Positions 37,536-46,429 of a stretch of 64,000 bases of DNA are shown here, piece after piece (positions within the stretch are counted from its first letter, which is position 1; the number at the start of each line of letters is the position of its first letter). Below the pieces are notes generated by a model, which did no database searches, was not told where the DNA came from, and worked only from the letters and a program-made list of their open reading frames with translations. The stretch spans positions 46,892-110,891 of the forward strand of contig NZ_CAMILN010000001.1 of assembly GCF_946222045.1 (NCBI RefSeq), in the 5' to 3' direction. The DNA comes from an uncultured Peptoniphilus sp. (GTDB taxonomy: Bacteria > Bacillota > Clostridia > Tissierellales > Peptoniphilaceae). Both the position numbers and the translations under genes were made by a program.

Positions 37536-38303
37536 CTATTTATTCATAATAGAATCAACTGCATTTATAATTGCAGACCTAAAACCATCCTTTTCTAAAG
37601 ATTTTACTCCCTTGATAGTCGTTCCACCAGGTGTTGTAACTTGGTCCTTTAGTTCACCTGGGTGAATACCAGACTCCCTAACCATTTTTGCTGATCCAGC
37701 AACTGCTTGAGATATAACCCTATAAGCCATATCCCTTTGCATTCCATAAGAAACTGCTGCGTCTGCTGCTGCTTCAATGTACATGTAGACATAGGCAGGC
37801 ATACAACCTGAAACTGCCTCATAAATTTTTATATTTTTTTCTTCTACGATTTCAGTTTCTCCAAAGTTGGACAAGATTTTTCTTATCTCTTTAACCTCTT
37901 CTTCTGAAATATTTTTGCCAGGGCAAATTCCTGTCATAGAATTTAAAATTTTTGCTGGTGTATTTGGAAGAGCCATCATAAGCTTTTTATTTGGAAGGCT
38001 TTTTTCAAGTTTCTCAAGGTCAAAGGCTGAAGTAATAGAAATAATGATTTGATCTTTTACTTCGTCTTTTATTGTTTCGATTACATCTTCATAGACATAG
38101 GGCTTAACTGCAAGGATAATTGCATCTGCACCCTTCACTACGTCTGCTTCTGAATCAACTACTCTTGCTGCTTCATTGCCCCTAAAGGCATCTCTCTTTT
38201 CTTCGCTCCTGTCGTAAAGAAAAGTTTCTATATTATTATCTAAAAGACCATGTGCCATGGCAGCACCCATGTTACCAAGGCCTATAATTCCCATTTTCAT
38301 CAC
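37536..38303 (-). CDS. proC: Pyrroline-5-carboxylate reductase
   Basis: GIIGLGNMGAAMA Rossmann start and C-terminal TPGGTTIKGV P5CR signature. Confidence 0.85.
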   Translation of the reverse strand: MMKMGIIGLGNMGAAMAHGLLDNNIETFLYDRSEEKRDAFRGNEAARVVDSEADVVKGADAIILAVKPYVYEDVIETIKDEVKDQIIISITSAFDLEKLEKSLPNKKLMMALPNTPAKILNSMTGICPGKNISEEEVKEIRKILSNFGETEIVEEKNIKIYEAVSGCMPAYVYMYIEAAADAAVSYGMQRDMAYRVISQAVAGSAKMVRESGIHPGELKDQVTTPGGTTIKGVKSLEKDGFRSAIINAVDSIMNK

Positions 38304-38378
38304 ATCACTCCTTAAGTAGATTATACACGAAATTACTTAAAAATTCATTTTTGTGCTATAATTTGATGAGGTGATTTA

Positions 38379-38939
38379 ATGAAAAAAATTTCTATCTCAA
38401 AGTTATTTTTGACTTTTTTTAAAATAAATGCCATAACCTTTGGTGGTGGCTATACAATTGTCCCTGTTATAAAGGACATCTTCGTATCAGACCTAAAACT
38501 CATTGAGGAAGACCAGATGATGGATATAGTTGCCATCTCCCAAGGTGGACCTGGGGCCATGGCAATTTCTTGCTCAGTCCTTACAGGTTACTATTTAAGA
38601 GGGCCTCTTGGAGCAATAACTTGTCTTGTTGCATCAGCTCTTCCATGTCTTATAATTTTGTCGATAATTTCGAACTTTTACCAAGAATTTAAGTCAAACT
38701 TTTTTATAAACGCAGCCCTAGAAGGCATCAGTGGAGTAATCTCTGCAGTATTATTTATAACAGTGGCTCGCATGGGAATTTCTTCTTACAAGAATAATCC
38801 ACGTTTTAGTGTAGTGATGATTATCCTAATCTTCCTAGTTGCCTTTTTCACAAGTATCAACACAGGTCTAATAATTTTATTCTGTGCTATCGCAGGAATT
38901 TCTTATTTTAGTGTCATTGAGAGGTACAAAAATGCTTGA
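38379..38939 (+). CDS. chrA: Chromate transporter family, short-form subunit 1
   Basis: FGGGYTIVP ChrA motif. 186 aa. Confidence 0.78.
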   Translation: MKKISISKLFLTFFKINAITFGGGYTIVPVIKDIFVSDLKLIEEDQMMDIVAISQGGPGAMAISCSVLTGYYLRGPLGAITCLVASALPCLIILSIISNFYQEFKSNFFINAALEGISGVISAVLFITVARMGISSYKNNPRFSVVMIILIFLVAFFTSINTGLIILFCAIAGISYFSVIERYKNA

Positions 38940-39489
38940 TTTATTTTTAATTTTCTTTAAAATCGGATGCTTAGCCTTTGGTGGCGGTTACGCAGTAATA
39001 CCCTTGATTTCAAAGTACGTTGTTGAAGAACACGCCTGGATCTCTACAAGAGAATTTATAGATTTGATTTCAATTTCACAAATGACTCCAGGACCAATTG
39101 CCATTAATTCAGCAACCTTTGTTGGACAAAATGTCAACGGACTCCTTGGCTCAATTATAGCAACAACAGGCCTAGTCCTTCCTCAGTTCATTCTTATGAT
39201 GATCCTTGGCTACTTCCTCTTTAGCAAGGGCAAAAAATTTAAAATCATGGACTACTCCTTACTTGGCATCAAGGCAGGAGTTGTGTCCCTCATCTTTATA
39301 ACAACCTTAAAACTCTTCCAGTCATCAGTCTTCCCTGATGGACTTAAGCTACAGGGCATGAGCCTAGCAGCCCTTATCTCCTTCGTCCTTGGCTTTGTCC
39401 TCTACATGAAAAAAGTGGACCTCTTTAAGCTCATAGGACTAGGGGCTGTGATTGGGATTGGAGTCAAGTACGCTTTGACTCTTATGTAA
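38932..39489 (+). CDS. chrA: Chromate transporter family, short-form subunit 2
   Basis: FGGGYAVIP motif. ATG 38932 overlaps the upstream stop (ATGCTTGA). Confidence 0.78.
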   Translation: MLDLFLIFFKIGCLAFGGGYAVIPLISKYVVEEHAWISTREFIDLISISQMTPGPIAINSATFVGQNVNGLLGSIIATTGLVLPQFILMMILGYFLFSKGKKFKIMDYSLLGIKAGVVSLIFITTLKLFQSSVFPDGLKLQGMSLAALISFVLGFVLYMKKVDLFKLIGLGAVIGIGVKYALTLM

Positions 39490-39494
39490 AATAG

Positions 39495-39525
39495 AACTCC
39501 TTGGACAAACCAAGGAGTTTTTCTT
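39495..39525 (+). terminator. Terminator of the chrA pair
   Basis: AACTCCTTGG...CCAAGGAGTT 10-bp stem followed by TTTTT. Confidence 0.7.
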
Positions 39526-39615
39526 TATTTCTCTGATAATTAATTTGCACTTTTACTGTTCATGCAATAAAATGACTTTAAACTGGTACATTTTTGTAGA
39601 AAGTTAGGTGATATT

Positions 39616-40851
39616 ATGAGAACAGGAAAATTTTCAGAACTAACAGGATTATCAAAAGATACAATTTATTACTATATAGATAGAGGATTAATTTATCCTG
39701 ATAAAGTAAATAATCGCTACTCTTTTAATAAAAAGAACTTAGAGAATGTTGAAATCATAAAACTTTATCAAGATATGGATTTTTCTATTGATGAGATTAT
39801 TTCAATAATATCATTATGGAATTGGTCTAATAACACTGAAGAAAATATAAAAAATGAGCATTTAAATAGACTGTTAAAAAAAGAGCGTGAAATTGAAAAC
39901 GATATATCAAAGTTAGTTAGAAAAAAAGAATTATTAATCGATGAAATAAATAGAATCGATTGTAAAAACGAAGAGAATTTTAATAATATAGAAATCGGAT
40001 TTCCTGTTAAAAATATAGAGGTGCTATCCTGTCCACGTTGTAATAATCAATTTAGTATAAATAACGCATCAATGAATTCAAAATACATATTTAATGCTGA
40101 CTTAGAATGTTCCTGTGGACATAAATTAAAGATTAAAAATGGGATAGTTGTAACTGGTAATAAATATAAATCTTTTTATGATAAACCCGATATTAACCGC
40201 GATTTATACTTAGACATGCCTTCTATATATTATAAATCATTAAATATAATAGGAAATGAAATTTCTAAGTATTTAAATAGTTTAGAACTAGAAAATAAAA
40301 TAATAATGGAAACTAATATTAATGGATTTTCATTTCTTTATAATAATTTAAAATGCTTTAAAAATAATTTTACCATTATTTTGATTGATAAATACGAAGA
40401 GGTTCTATTGAATTATAAAAACCAGTTATCAAAAGTTTTAGAGAATCCAAATATAGTTTTTATTGCTGATGATTCTTTAGAATACCCAATAAAAAAAGAA
40501 GTTGTTGATGTAGTTATTTCACTTTTCAGCGGAAATGAACATCAGCTTTATAAGAAGGATAATTACTTTGAAAATATTTATAAATACATAAAAAACAATG
40601 GAAGTATTGTTGGTGCATATCAATCTTATGAACCTAATTCTAAATCAATTAAAAATTTAAAAATAAAATATCCTGAATCATCTGAAAGACTATATCTTAA
40701 AAATATTTTTTTAGATAATTTAAATAAATTTTTTAAACAAACTAAATCTGTTGACTTAGAGAAAGTTAATGCTTACTCTAATAAACATTCTTTCGAATGC
40801 CACGAAAAAGGAGATCTTATGACTCACACAATTTTCAAAGGAATAAAATAA
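39616..40851 (+). CDS. MerR-family HTH regulator fused to an RlmA-like Zn-ribbon + degenerate methyltransferase-fold domain (411 aa)
   Basis: N-terminal MerR HTH (FSELTGLSKDTIYYYIDRGLIYPD) and a coiled-coil linker. Then CPRCNNQF...CSCGHKLKIKNGIV, resembling the Zn-ribbon of 23S rRNA m1G methyltransferase RlmA. A Rossmann-like region follows in which the glycine-rich SAM loop is replaced (IIMETNINGFS). Extremely AT-rich codon usage. Confidence 0.5.
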   Translation: MRTGKFSELTGLSKDTIYYYIDRGLIYPDKVNNRYSFNKKNLENVEIIKLYQDMDFSIDEIISIISLWNWSNNTEENIKNEHLNRLLKKEREIENDISKLVRKKELLIDEINRIDCKNEENFNNIEIGFPVKNIEVLSCPRCNNQFSINNASMNSKYIFNADLECSCGHKLKIKNGIVVTGNKYKSFYDKPDINRDLYLDMPSIYYKSLNIIGNEISKYLNSLELENKIIMETNINGFSFLYNNLKCFKNNFTIILIDKYEEVLLNYKNQLSKVLENPNIVFIADDSLEYPIKKEVVDVVISLFSGNEHQLYKKDNYFENIYKYIKNNGSIVGAYQSYEPNSKSIKNLKIKYPESSERLYLKNIFLDNLNKFFKQTKSVDLEKVNAYSNKHSFECHEKGDLMTHTIFKGIK

Positions 40852-41010
40852 TATTGAGTCAGCTCCATGTTATTTAAAATTTTTAGGAATTTTAATATTA
40901 TCTATTCTAAAATATCATTTTCAAATAAAATAATATTTTTATCTATTGACCTTGAGCCAAGCCTTTGATTTATAATTTTATTACATTACAAAAGCAAAGG
41001 AGGAAAAGTT

Positions 41011-42372
41011 TTGAAAACGATTTATAACTTAATGATTGGTTTTGCCAATTGGATTTGGGGATGGCCTATGCTGATTTTTTTAGCTGCTTCTGGTATTTAT
41101 CTAGGTATTCAAATCAGAGGAATTCAATTCACAAGATTTAAATATATAATGAAAAATACCATTGGGTCAATGAAAAAGTCCGGATCAGCAGGTGGTGTCT
41201 CAGGGTTTCAAGCTGTTTCTGCAGCTCTTGCAGCAACTTTAGGCACTGGCAATATCGTTGGTATCGGTATTGCAATAGCTTACGGTGGTCCAGGTGCTAT
41301 ATTCTGGATGTGGATGGTTGGATTAATTGCTATGGGAATAAAATTTTCTGAAGTTGTTGCTTCTGTAAAATTCAGGGAACGCCGTCCAGATGGGGAGTAT
41401 AGTGCTGGTCCTTATAACTACATTTCAAAAGGTATAAAGAGTCAATCACTCGCTAGATTTTTATCTATTGGATATGTAATAAGCTTAATAGTAGTTTTAC
41501 TAATTGCTGCTGGGGTCCATACAGGAGCAATCACCGATGCAATGGAACATATTCATGTATCCAGATTTATATCTACAACTATAGCAATTGTATTTGTAGT
41601 TTTTATAGTTTATGGCGGTGTAAGTAGAATTGTGAATTTTACTGAAAAACTAGTTCCAATAATGGCAACTATATACATAATAGCTTGTATTATTATGATT
41701 ATTATACATATAGATAATTTTATACCATCTCTATTGTCTATATTCAAATATGCTTTTACTGGCCACTCTGCTGTAGGTGGTTTTGCTGGATCTGCTGCTG
41801 CTATGACAATTCGTTGGGGAGTAGCAAGAGGAATGTATTCTAATGACTCAGGTAATGGAATTCAATCTATAGTGCACGGACAGGCCGACGTACAACATGC
41901 TGTAGAACAAGGAATTTGGGGCGTTTTTGAGGTTTTCTTTAGCACCATAGTAGTATGTACTTTCTCAGCTCTCGCCATTTTAAGTTCTGGTTCATGGACT
42001 AAATATGGTATAGAAGATTCGGGTGTATTAGCTCAACGAGCTTTTTCAGATTCACTCGGAACTTTTGGTACAGTGCTCATTACTTTAGCAATAGTTTTAT
42101 TTGCCTTTTCAACAGTGCTAAGCTTTGCTTTCTTTATAGAAAATCAGACTACAAGTTTATTTGGTAAAAAAGTAGGCAAATTTGTTCAACTAATATTCTT
42201 CATATTTATGGGAATTGGAGGAGTATTTGGTGTAGCTAAACTACTTCAAATTGCAGATTTCGGAAATGCTTTCATAATTTTAATTAATATGATAGCTGTA
42301 TTAATGTTAGGTAAGACTATAGGAAAAGAAACAAAAGAATTTTTTGATAAAATTGATAGAGGTGAATTATGA
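41011..42372 (+). CDS. Alanine/glycine:cation symporter (AGCS) family transporter
   Basis: TTG start with AAAGGAGGAAAAG RBS. AGCS-type N-terminal region WPMLIFLAASGIYLGIQIRGIQF and GTGNIVGIG motif. Confidence 0.8.
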   Translation: MKTIYNLMIGFANWIWGWPMLIFLAASGIYLGIQIRGIQFTRFKYIMKNTIGSMKKSGSAGGVSGFQAVSAALAATLGTGNIVGIGIAIAYGGPGAIFWMWMVGLIAMGIKFSEVVASVKFRERRPDGEYSAGPYNYISKGIKSQSLARFLSIGYVISLIVVLLIAAGVHTGAITDAMEHIHVSRFISTTIAIVFVVFIVYGGVSRIVNFTEKLVPIMATIYIIACIIMIIIHIDNFIPSLLSIFKYAFTGHSAVGGFAGSAAAMTIRWGVARGMYSNDSGNGIQSIVHGQADVQHAVEQGIWGVFEVFFSTIVVCTFSALAILSSGSWTKYGIEDSGVLAQRAFSDSLGTFGTVLITLAIVLFAFSTVLSFAFFIENQTTSLFGKKVGKFVQLIFFIFMGIGGVFGVAKLLQIADFGNAFIILINMIAVLMLGKTIGKETKEFFDKIDRGEL

Positions 42373-43109
42373 AACCGATAATAGGAATAACAACAAATTA
42401 TGTTGACGATGATAAATTTTTTATGGACTTAGGTCTTGGTGCTTTAGGACAATCTTATTCAGCAGTAGCAATAGATTATTTTAATGCAATCAAAGAAGCA
42501 GGTGGTATACCAATAATTATTGCTCCAACATATGATACCGATTATCTTGACTCAGTATTAAATCTTTGTAACGGAATTTTGATAACAGGGGGTAATGATG
42601 TAAATCCATTACTTTATAACAAAAACAATAACTCAAAAGTTGGAAGAGTTCTTAAAATTCGAGATAACTCAGATTTTTATTTAACTGAAAAATGTATAGA
42701 AAAAGATATTCCACTTCTAGGTATTTGTAGAGGTATACAAGTTTTAAATGTTGTTCAAGGTGGGACTTTATACAGACATATTGATACAAACAAGCTCTTG
42801 GATCATTCTGCTGTAAATAGTTATAAATCTATTATATCTCACTTTATAGATGTAGAAAAAGATTCATTTCTATATGAAGCGTTTAAAACAACTAGGATTG
42901 GAGTTAACTCTTTTCATCATCAAGGAATAGAGAAGCTTGGTGCGAATCTTAAGTCCATTGCCAAAAGTGAAGATGGGCTTTGCGAATCAGTCCAGATGGA
43001 AAATAAAAAATTCATTGTTGCTACACAGTTCCATCCTGAAATGATGTTTGAAGATGAAAAACTTTACTTAGAAATCTTTAAACTTTTTGTTAAAAAATGT
43101 AAAAACTAA
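42369..43109 (+). CDS. Class-I glutamine amidotransferase-like peptidase C26 (gamma-glutamyl-GABA hydrolase/PuuD-like)
   Basis: Catalytic Cys in GICRGIQVLN and His in FHPE. Translationally coupled to the AGCS gene. Confidence 0.72.
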   Translation: MKPIIGITTNYVDDDKFFMDLGLGALGQSYSAVAIDYFNAIKEAGGIPIIIAPTYDTDYLDSVLNLCNGILITGGNDVNPLLYNKNNNSKVGRVLKIRDNSDFYLTEKCIEKDIPLLGICRGIQVLNVVQGGTLYRHIDTNKLLDHSAVNSYKSIISHFIDVEKDSFLYEAFKTTRIGVNSFHHQGIEKLGANLKSIAKSEDGLCESVQMENKKFIVATQFHPEMMFEDEKLYLEIFKLFVKKCKN

Positions 43110-43114
43110 TTTAC

Positions 43115-43160
43115 TAAAAAACCTAACCTATTTAAATTTTAAATGGTTAGGTTTTTTCTT
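43115..43160. terminator. Bidirectional terminator between the C26 gene and relE
   Basis: Long imperfect hairpin AACCTAACCTATTTAAAT...ATTTAAATGGTTAGGTT flanked by A-run and T-run. Confidence 0.5.
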
Positions 43161-43396
43161 TTTATATTAAGTACTATTAACTTGTCGTCATCAATTTTTG
43201 CAAGGAGCCTATAGGCACCAATCCTATACCTCCAGATGCCTTTGAAGTTGCCAATTAGGGCCTTGCCATAAAATCTTGGATCCTGACAAGCAATGAGATT
43301 GCCTTCCATCCAATTTTTTATAAGTTTTTGGGATTGTCTATCAAGTTTTTTAAAGGACTTGTCAAACTTTTTAGTAGTTCTTACTTGGTAGGTCAT
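43139..43396 (-). CDS. relE: Type II toxin, RelE/ParE superfamily
   Basis: 85 aa, GIWRYRIGAYRLLAKIDDDKLIVLNIKRKN C-terminal core typical of RelE/ParE toxins. ATGA overlap with the upstream antitoxin. Confidence 0.8.
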   Translation of the reverse strand: MTYQVRTTKKFDKSFKKLDRQSQKLIKNWMEGNLIACQDPRFYGKALIGNFKGIWRYRIGAYRLLAKIDDDKLIVLNIKRKNLTI

Positions 43397-43617
43397 AGGT
43401 CAAGCTCTTTAAATAAATCTTCAATAGGTCTTGTTTCAACCTCGCCCCTAGCTTCTCTTTCAAGAAAGTCTTCAGCCACCTTCATGTCGAACTCATCTTC
43501 CAGCTTCTCTTCCATCAACCTCTTAAAAAGAGTAGAAAGAGGTTCCCCCATAAGATCAGCATAAGCAGTAAAGGCTCTCTCCTCTTCAGCGTTAAGTCTT
43601 ACAGATACAGTCTTCAT
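43393..43617 (-). CDS. relB: RHH-type antitoxin (RelB/DinJ/CopG-like)
   Basis: MKTVSVRLNAEEERAF ribbon-helix-helix N-terminus. Start at ATG 43617 with GAGGTGA 6 nt upstream; the track start 43665 is less likely. Confidence 0.65.
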   Translation of the reverse strand: MKTVSVRLNAEEERAFTAYADLMGEPLSTLFKRLMEEKLEDEFDMKVAEDFLEREARGEVETRPIEDLFKELDL

Positions 43618-43674
43618 ATCCATCACCTCTAAGGCAATTGTATTACATTGTGTTACATAAATCAATGAGGAGCT

Positions 43675-45654
43675 TTATTTTTCTAAAACTATTTTTGTAT
43701 AAATTTTTTCTGTGAATTTGTATATTACGAGATAAAAAATTATATAAATAAGAAATACAAAAATCATTGATTTAATAAATAATTTTGTATTCATAAGTCC
43801 TATTAGCATTAAAAATTTTTGCAAAACAGGAAGGGCAAAGGATGTGTGAATGAAACAGAAAACTATTGGCAAAAATAAAAGCCATGCCATTTGTTTTCTT
43901 ATAATTTTCTTACCATCAACTTCATCCAGTCCAAGCTTTCTTAAAATTTTAAATCTTTCTACGTCTTCATAGGCTTCTGTGAGAAATTTATAGTATATGG
44001 CAAGTCCCATTGTTATTAAAAATGCAAAGGAAAGAATTATGCCAACGAAAAATATTACTCCATAGTCACTTAAAAACTCCTCCTTTGTTTGCTGTCTGTC
44101 TATTATTGTGAGTTTTTGATTTAGATTTACTTTAATGTCCTCCATGTGTTCATTAAGTAAATTATTAAAGTCTTCTGGCAAGTTTCCCTTTATCAAACTT
44201 GTTACATTTGGTCTTACCTTAGAGGTGTTCCCTTTGTAATTTAGTTTCTCACAAATTTTATTTGCAGTTTCGTAATCTTTTGCTAATATTTTATTTTTTT
44301 CAAAAATTGTCTGCACACTTTCCAAGGGAATATCTATTGTTTCATTGGATACTTGCCTTGCACCGAATCCCAAATCCTTTATAAATTCCTCATTATTGTC
44401 TTCTTTAAAATAAATTAAATCCTTGCCTTTAAAGTCTAATTTGGTGTCAGGACTATAAATTATGTCCAGTGAAATTATGTCATTTTTTAAATTTGCACCA
44501 TTCAATTCTCCATTTTTCATTACCCTTAGCTTATTCTTGTCTCTAATAAGCGGAATGGACCATTCATAAGTTGTAGTGACCTCTCCCTCAACCTTATTGG
44601 CAGCTAATAAGCTCCTGATATTATCTCTATACTTATCTAAATTTTTTATACTTAATGACTCTGCATCAGTCTTTATGGCATAGGGTGCTGGAAATAATCT
44701 ATTAGTTACATCTCCTATGCCTGCATAGAGACTTATCCCTGATGTTAAAACTATTGTAAAAGCTGTGGATAGTATTGCAATATTTGCAAGAGATCTAGAA
44801 TTGTTATTTACTCTGTACAAAAGCCCTGACACAGATAGAAAATTTCCTTTCTTGTAATATAGGGCCTTATTGTTTTTTAATAGTTCAAGAAATAGAGTCA
44901 CTATGGTTGAAAAAGCAAAATAAGTTCCAATTATTACTAAAGTCGCCGCAATAAAAAATTTAAAAAAAGCTTGCACTGGATTTTTTGTAGTTAAACTTAT
45001 GGCATAGCCTCCTGCAATAAAAATTATTCCCAGCAAGGCAATTAATTTTGTAAATTTATTTTTCCTATCTCCTGCTTTGGATTCATTGACCAAAGCGATT
45101 GGAGAATAATTTCTCATCTTAATAATCTGAATTACAAATACAAAAATCAATATTGCAATAAATATTAAATCTACAATTGCTACAGCCAAAAAATTATTAA
45201 AAAATCCACCCTCAAAAATATTTATGGAATTATTTGTCAGCATCAAAAAAATTCCAAGAGATAATTTGTATAAAGCAAGGCTAAAAATACTTGCTGTTAG
45301 TATAGAAAAAATAATAATATAAATTATTTCCCAAAATAAAATTATTCTCAGATGTGTTTTTTCAAGTCCAAGTATTAAGTAAAGTCCTTGCTCCTTTAAC
45401 TTTCTCTTTTGAATAAAAGAATAGACAGAAGAAAGCATTATAAGCGAAAAAATTGATAAAACTATGACTCCATAAAATAGAATGATTTTCATTGATTCCG
45501 TTCCCTTTGCACCTGCAAGAGACTTATCTAAAACAAGGCTTAAGCAAATTGAGCTTAATACAATAAGAAAAATTATTGTTCCAATAAATGGCATAAAAAC
45601 TTTTTTATTTCTCTTAATTCCAGAAAGGGCAAGTCGTGAGTAAAGTGATTTCAT
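43675..45654 (-). CDS. BceB-type ABC transporter permease (FtsX-like, 10 TM with large extracellular domain)
   Basis: Start at ATG 45654 (MKSLYSRLALSGIKRNKK, RBS AAAGGAG). 4+large loop+4+2 TM arrangement typical of BceB/VraG. Confidence 0.8.
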   Translation of the reverse strand: MKSLYSRLALSGIKRNKKVFMPFIGTIIFLIVLSSICLSLVLDKSLAGAKGTESMKIILFYGVIVLSIFSLIMLSSVYSFIQKRKLKEQGLYLILGLEKTHLRIILFWEIIYIIIFSILTASIFSLALYKLSLGIFLMLTNNSINIFEGGFFNNFLAVAIVDLIFIAILIFVFVIQIIKMRNYSPIALVNESKAGDRKNKFTKLIALLGIIFIAGGYAISLTTKNPVQAFFKFFIAATLVIIGTYFAFSTIVTLFLELLKNNKALYYKKGNFLSVSGLLYRVNNNSRSLANIAILSTAFTIVLTSGISLYAGIGDVTNRLFPAPYAIKTDAESLSIKNLDKYRDNIRSLLAANKVEGEVTTTYEWSIPLIRDKNKLRVMKNGELNGANLKNDIISLDIIYSPDTKLDFKGKDLIYFKEDNNEEFIKDLGFGARQVSNETIDIPLESVQTIFEKNKILAKDYETANKICEKLNYKGNTSKVRPNVTSLIKGNLPEDFNNLLNEHMEDIKVNLNQKLTIIDRQQTKEEFLSDYGVIFFVGIILSFAFLITMGLAIYYKFLTEAYEDVERFKILRKLGLDEVDGKKIIRKQMAWLLFLPIVFCFIHTSFALPVLQKFLMLIGLMNTKLFIKSMIFVFLIYIIFYLVIYKFTEKIYTKIVLEK

Positions 45655-45658
45655 TTTC

Positions 45659-46405
45659 TCAACTCCTTTGTAACATCTGCATTGTGTCTGCAATCTTCTT
45701 TTGCATATCAAGGGAAGTCCTCTCGCCCCTATAGATTTGATGATAAATTTCTCCATCCTTTATAAATAAAACTCTCTTCGCCTCTGATGCAGCCATGATA
45801 GAATGAGTTACCATAAGTATAGTCTCCCTATCTTGGTTTAAGTCTTTAAAAACCTTTAAAAGTTCTCTTGTGCTATTGCTATCAAGAGCTCCCGTTGGTT
45901 CATCAGCAAGTAAAATTTTTGGGTCACTTATAAGTGCTCTCGCAATTGCAGTCCTCTGCTTTTGCCCTCCACTTATTTCGTAGGGATACTTATTTAATAG
46001 ATCCGATACATTTAACTTTTTTGCAGTTTTTAATAATTTTTCTTCCATAACAGAAATTTTTTCATCGGACAATACTAGGGGCAATAAAATATTTTCTTTA
46101 ACAGTGAAGTTATCAAGAAGATTAAAATCTTGAAAGACAAATCCCAAATTTTCTCTTCTAAACTTTGCCATTTTGCTGTCCTTTATTTCTTGTAAATCTT
46201 TGCCCATTAAAATTACTTTTCCAGAAGTTGGCCTGTCAAGTAAAGCCAAAATATTTAATAAAGTTGTCTTTCCACTTCCAGACTCTCCCATTATGGCAAT
46301 ATACTCTCCTGCTTCAACAGTAAAATTAATTGACTTTAGAGCCTCAAGGTCATTTTTCCCAAAGCGACTTCTGTATATCTTTTTTATATTTTGAACTTCT
46401 AACAT
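45659..46405 (-). CDS. BceA-type ABC transporter ATP-binding protein
   Basis: Walker A GESGSGKTT, signature ISGGQKQR, Walker B ILLADEPT. Confidence 0.88.
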   Translation of the reverse strand: MLEVQNIKKIYRSRFGKNDLEALKSINFTVEAGEYIAIMGESGSGKTTLLNILALLDRPTSGKVILMGKDLQEIKDSKMAKFRRENLGFVFQDFNLLDNFTVKENILLPLVLSDEKISVMEEKLLKTAKKLNVSDLLNKYPYEISGGQKQRTAIARALISDPKILLADEPTGALDSNSTRELLKVFKDLNQDRETILMVTHSIMAASEAKRVLFIKDGEIYHQIYRGERTSLDMQKKIADTMQMLQRS

Positions 46406-46429
46406 CTTCCATCTCTTTCATAAATACTC

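Noticed and set aside
40852-41010. Glycine or other amino-acid riboswitch upstream of the AGCS symporter
   Set aside because: No conserved riboswitch core sequences were recognisable. The region looks like a plain AT-rich promoter/UTR.
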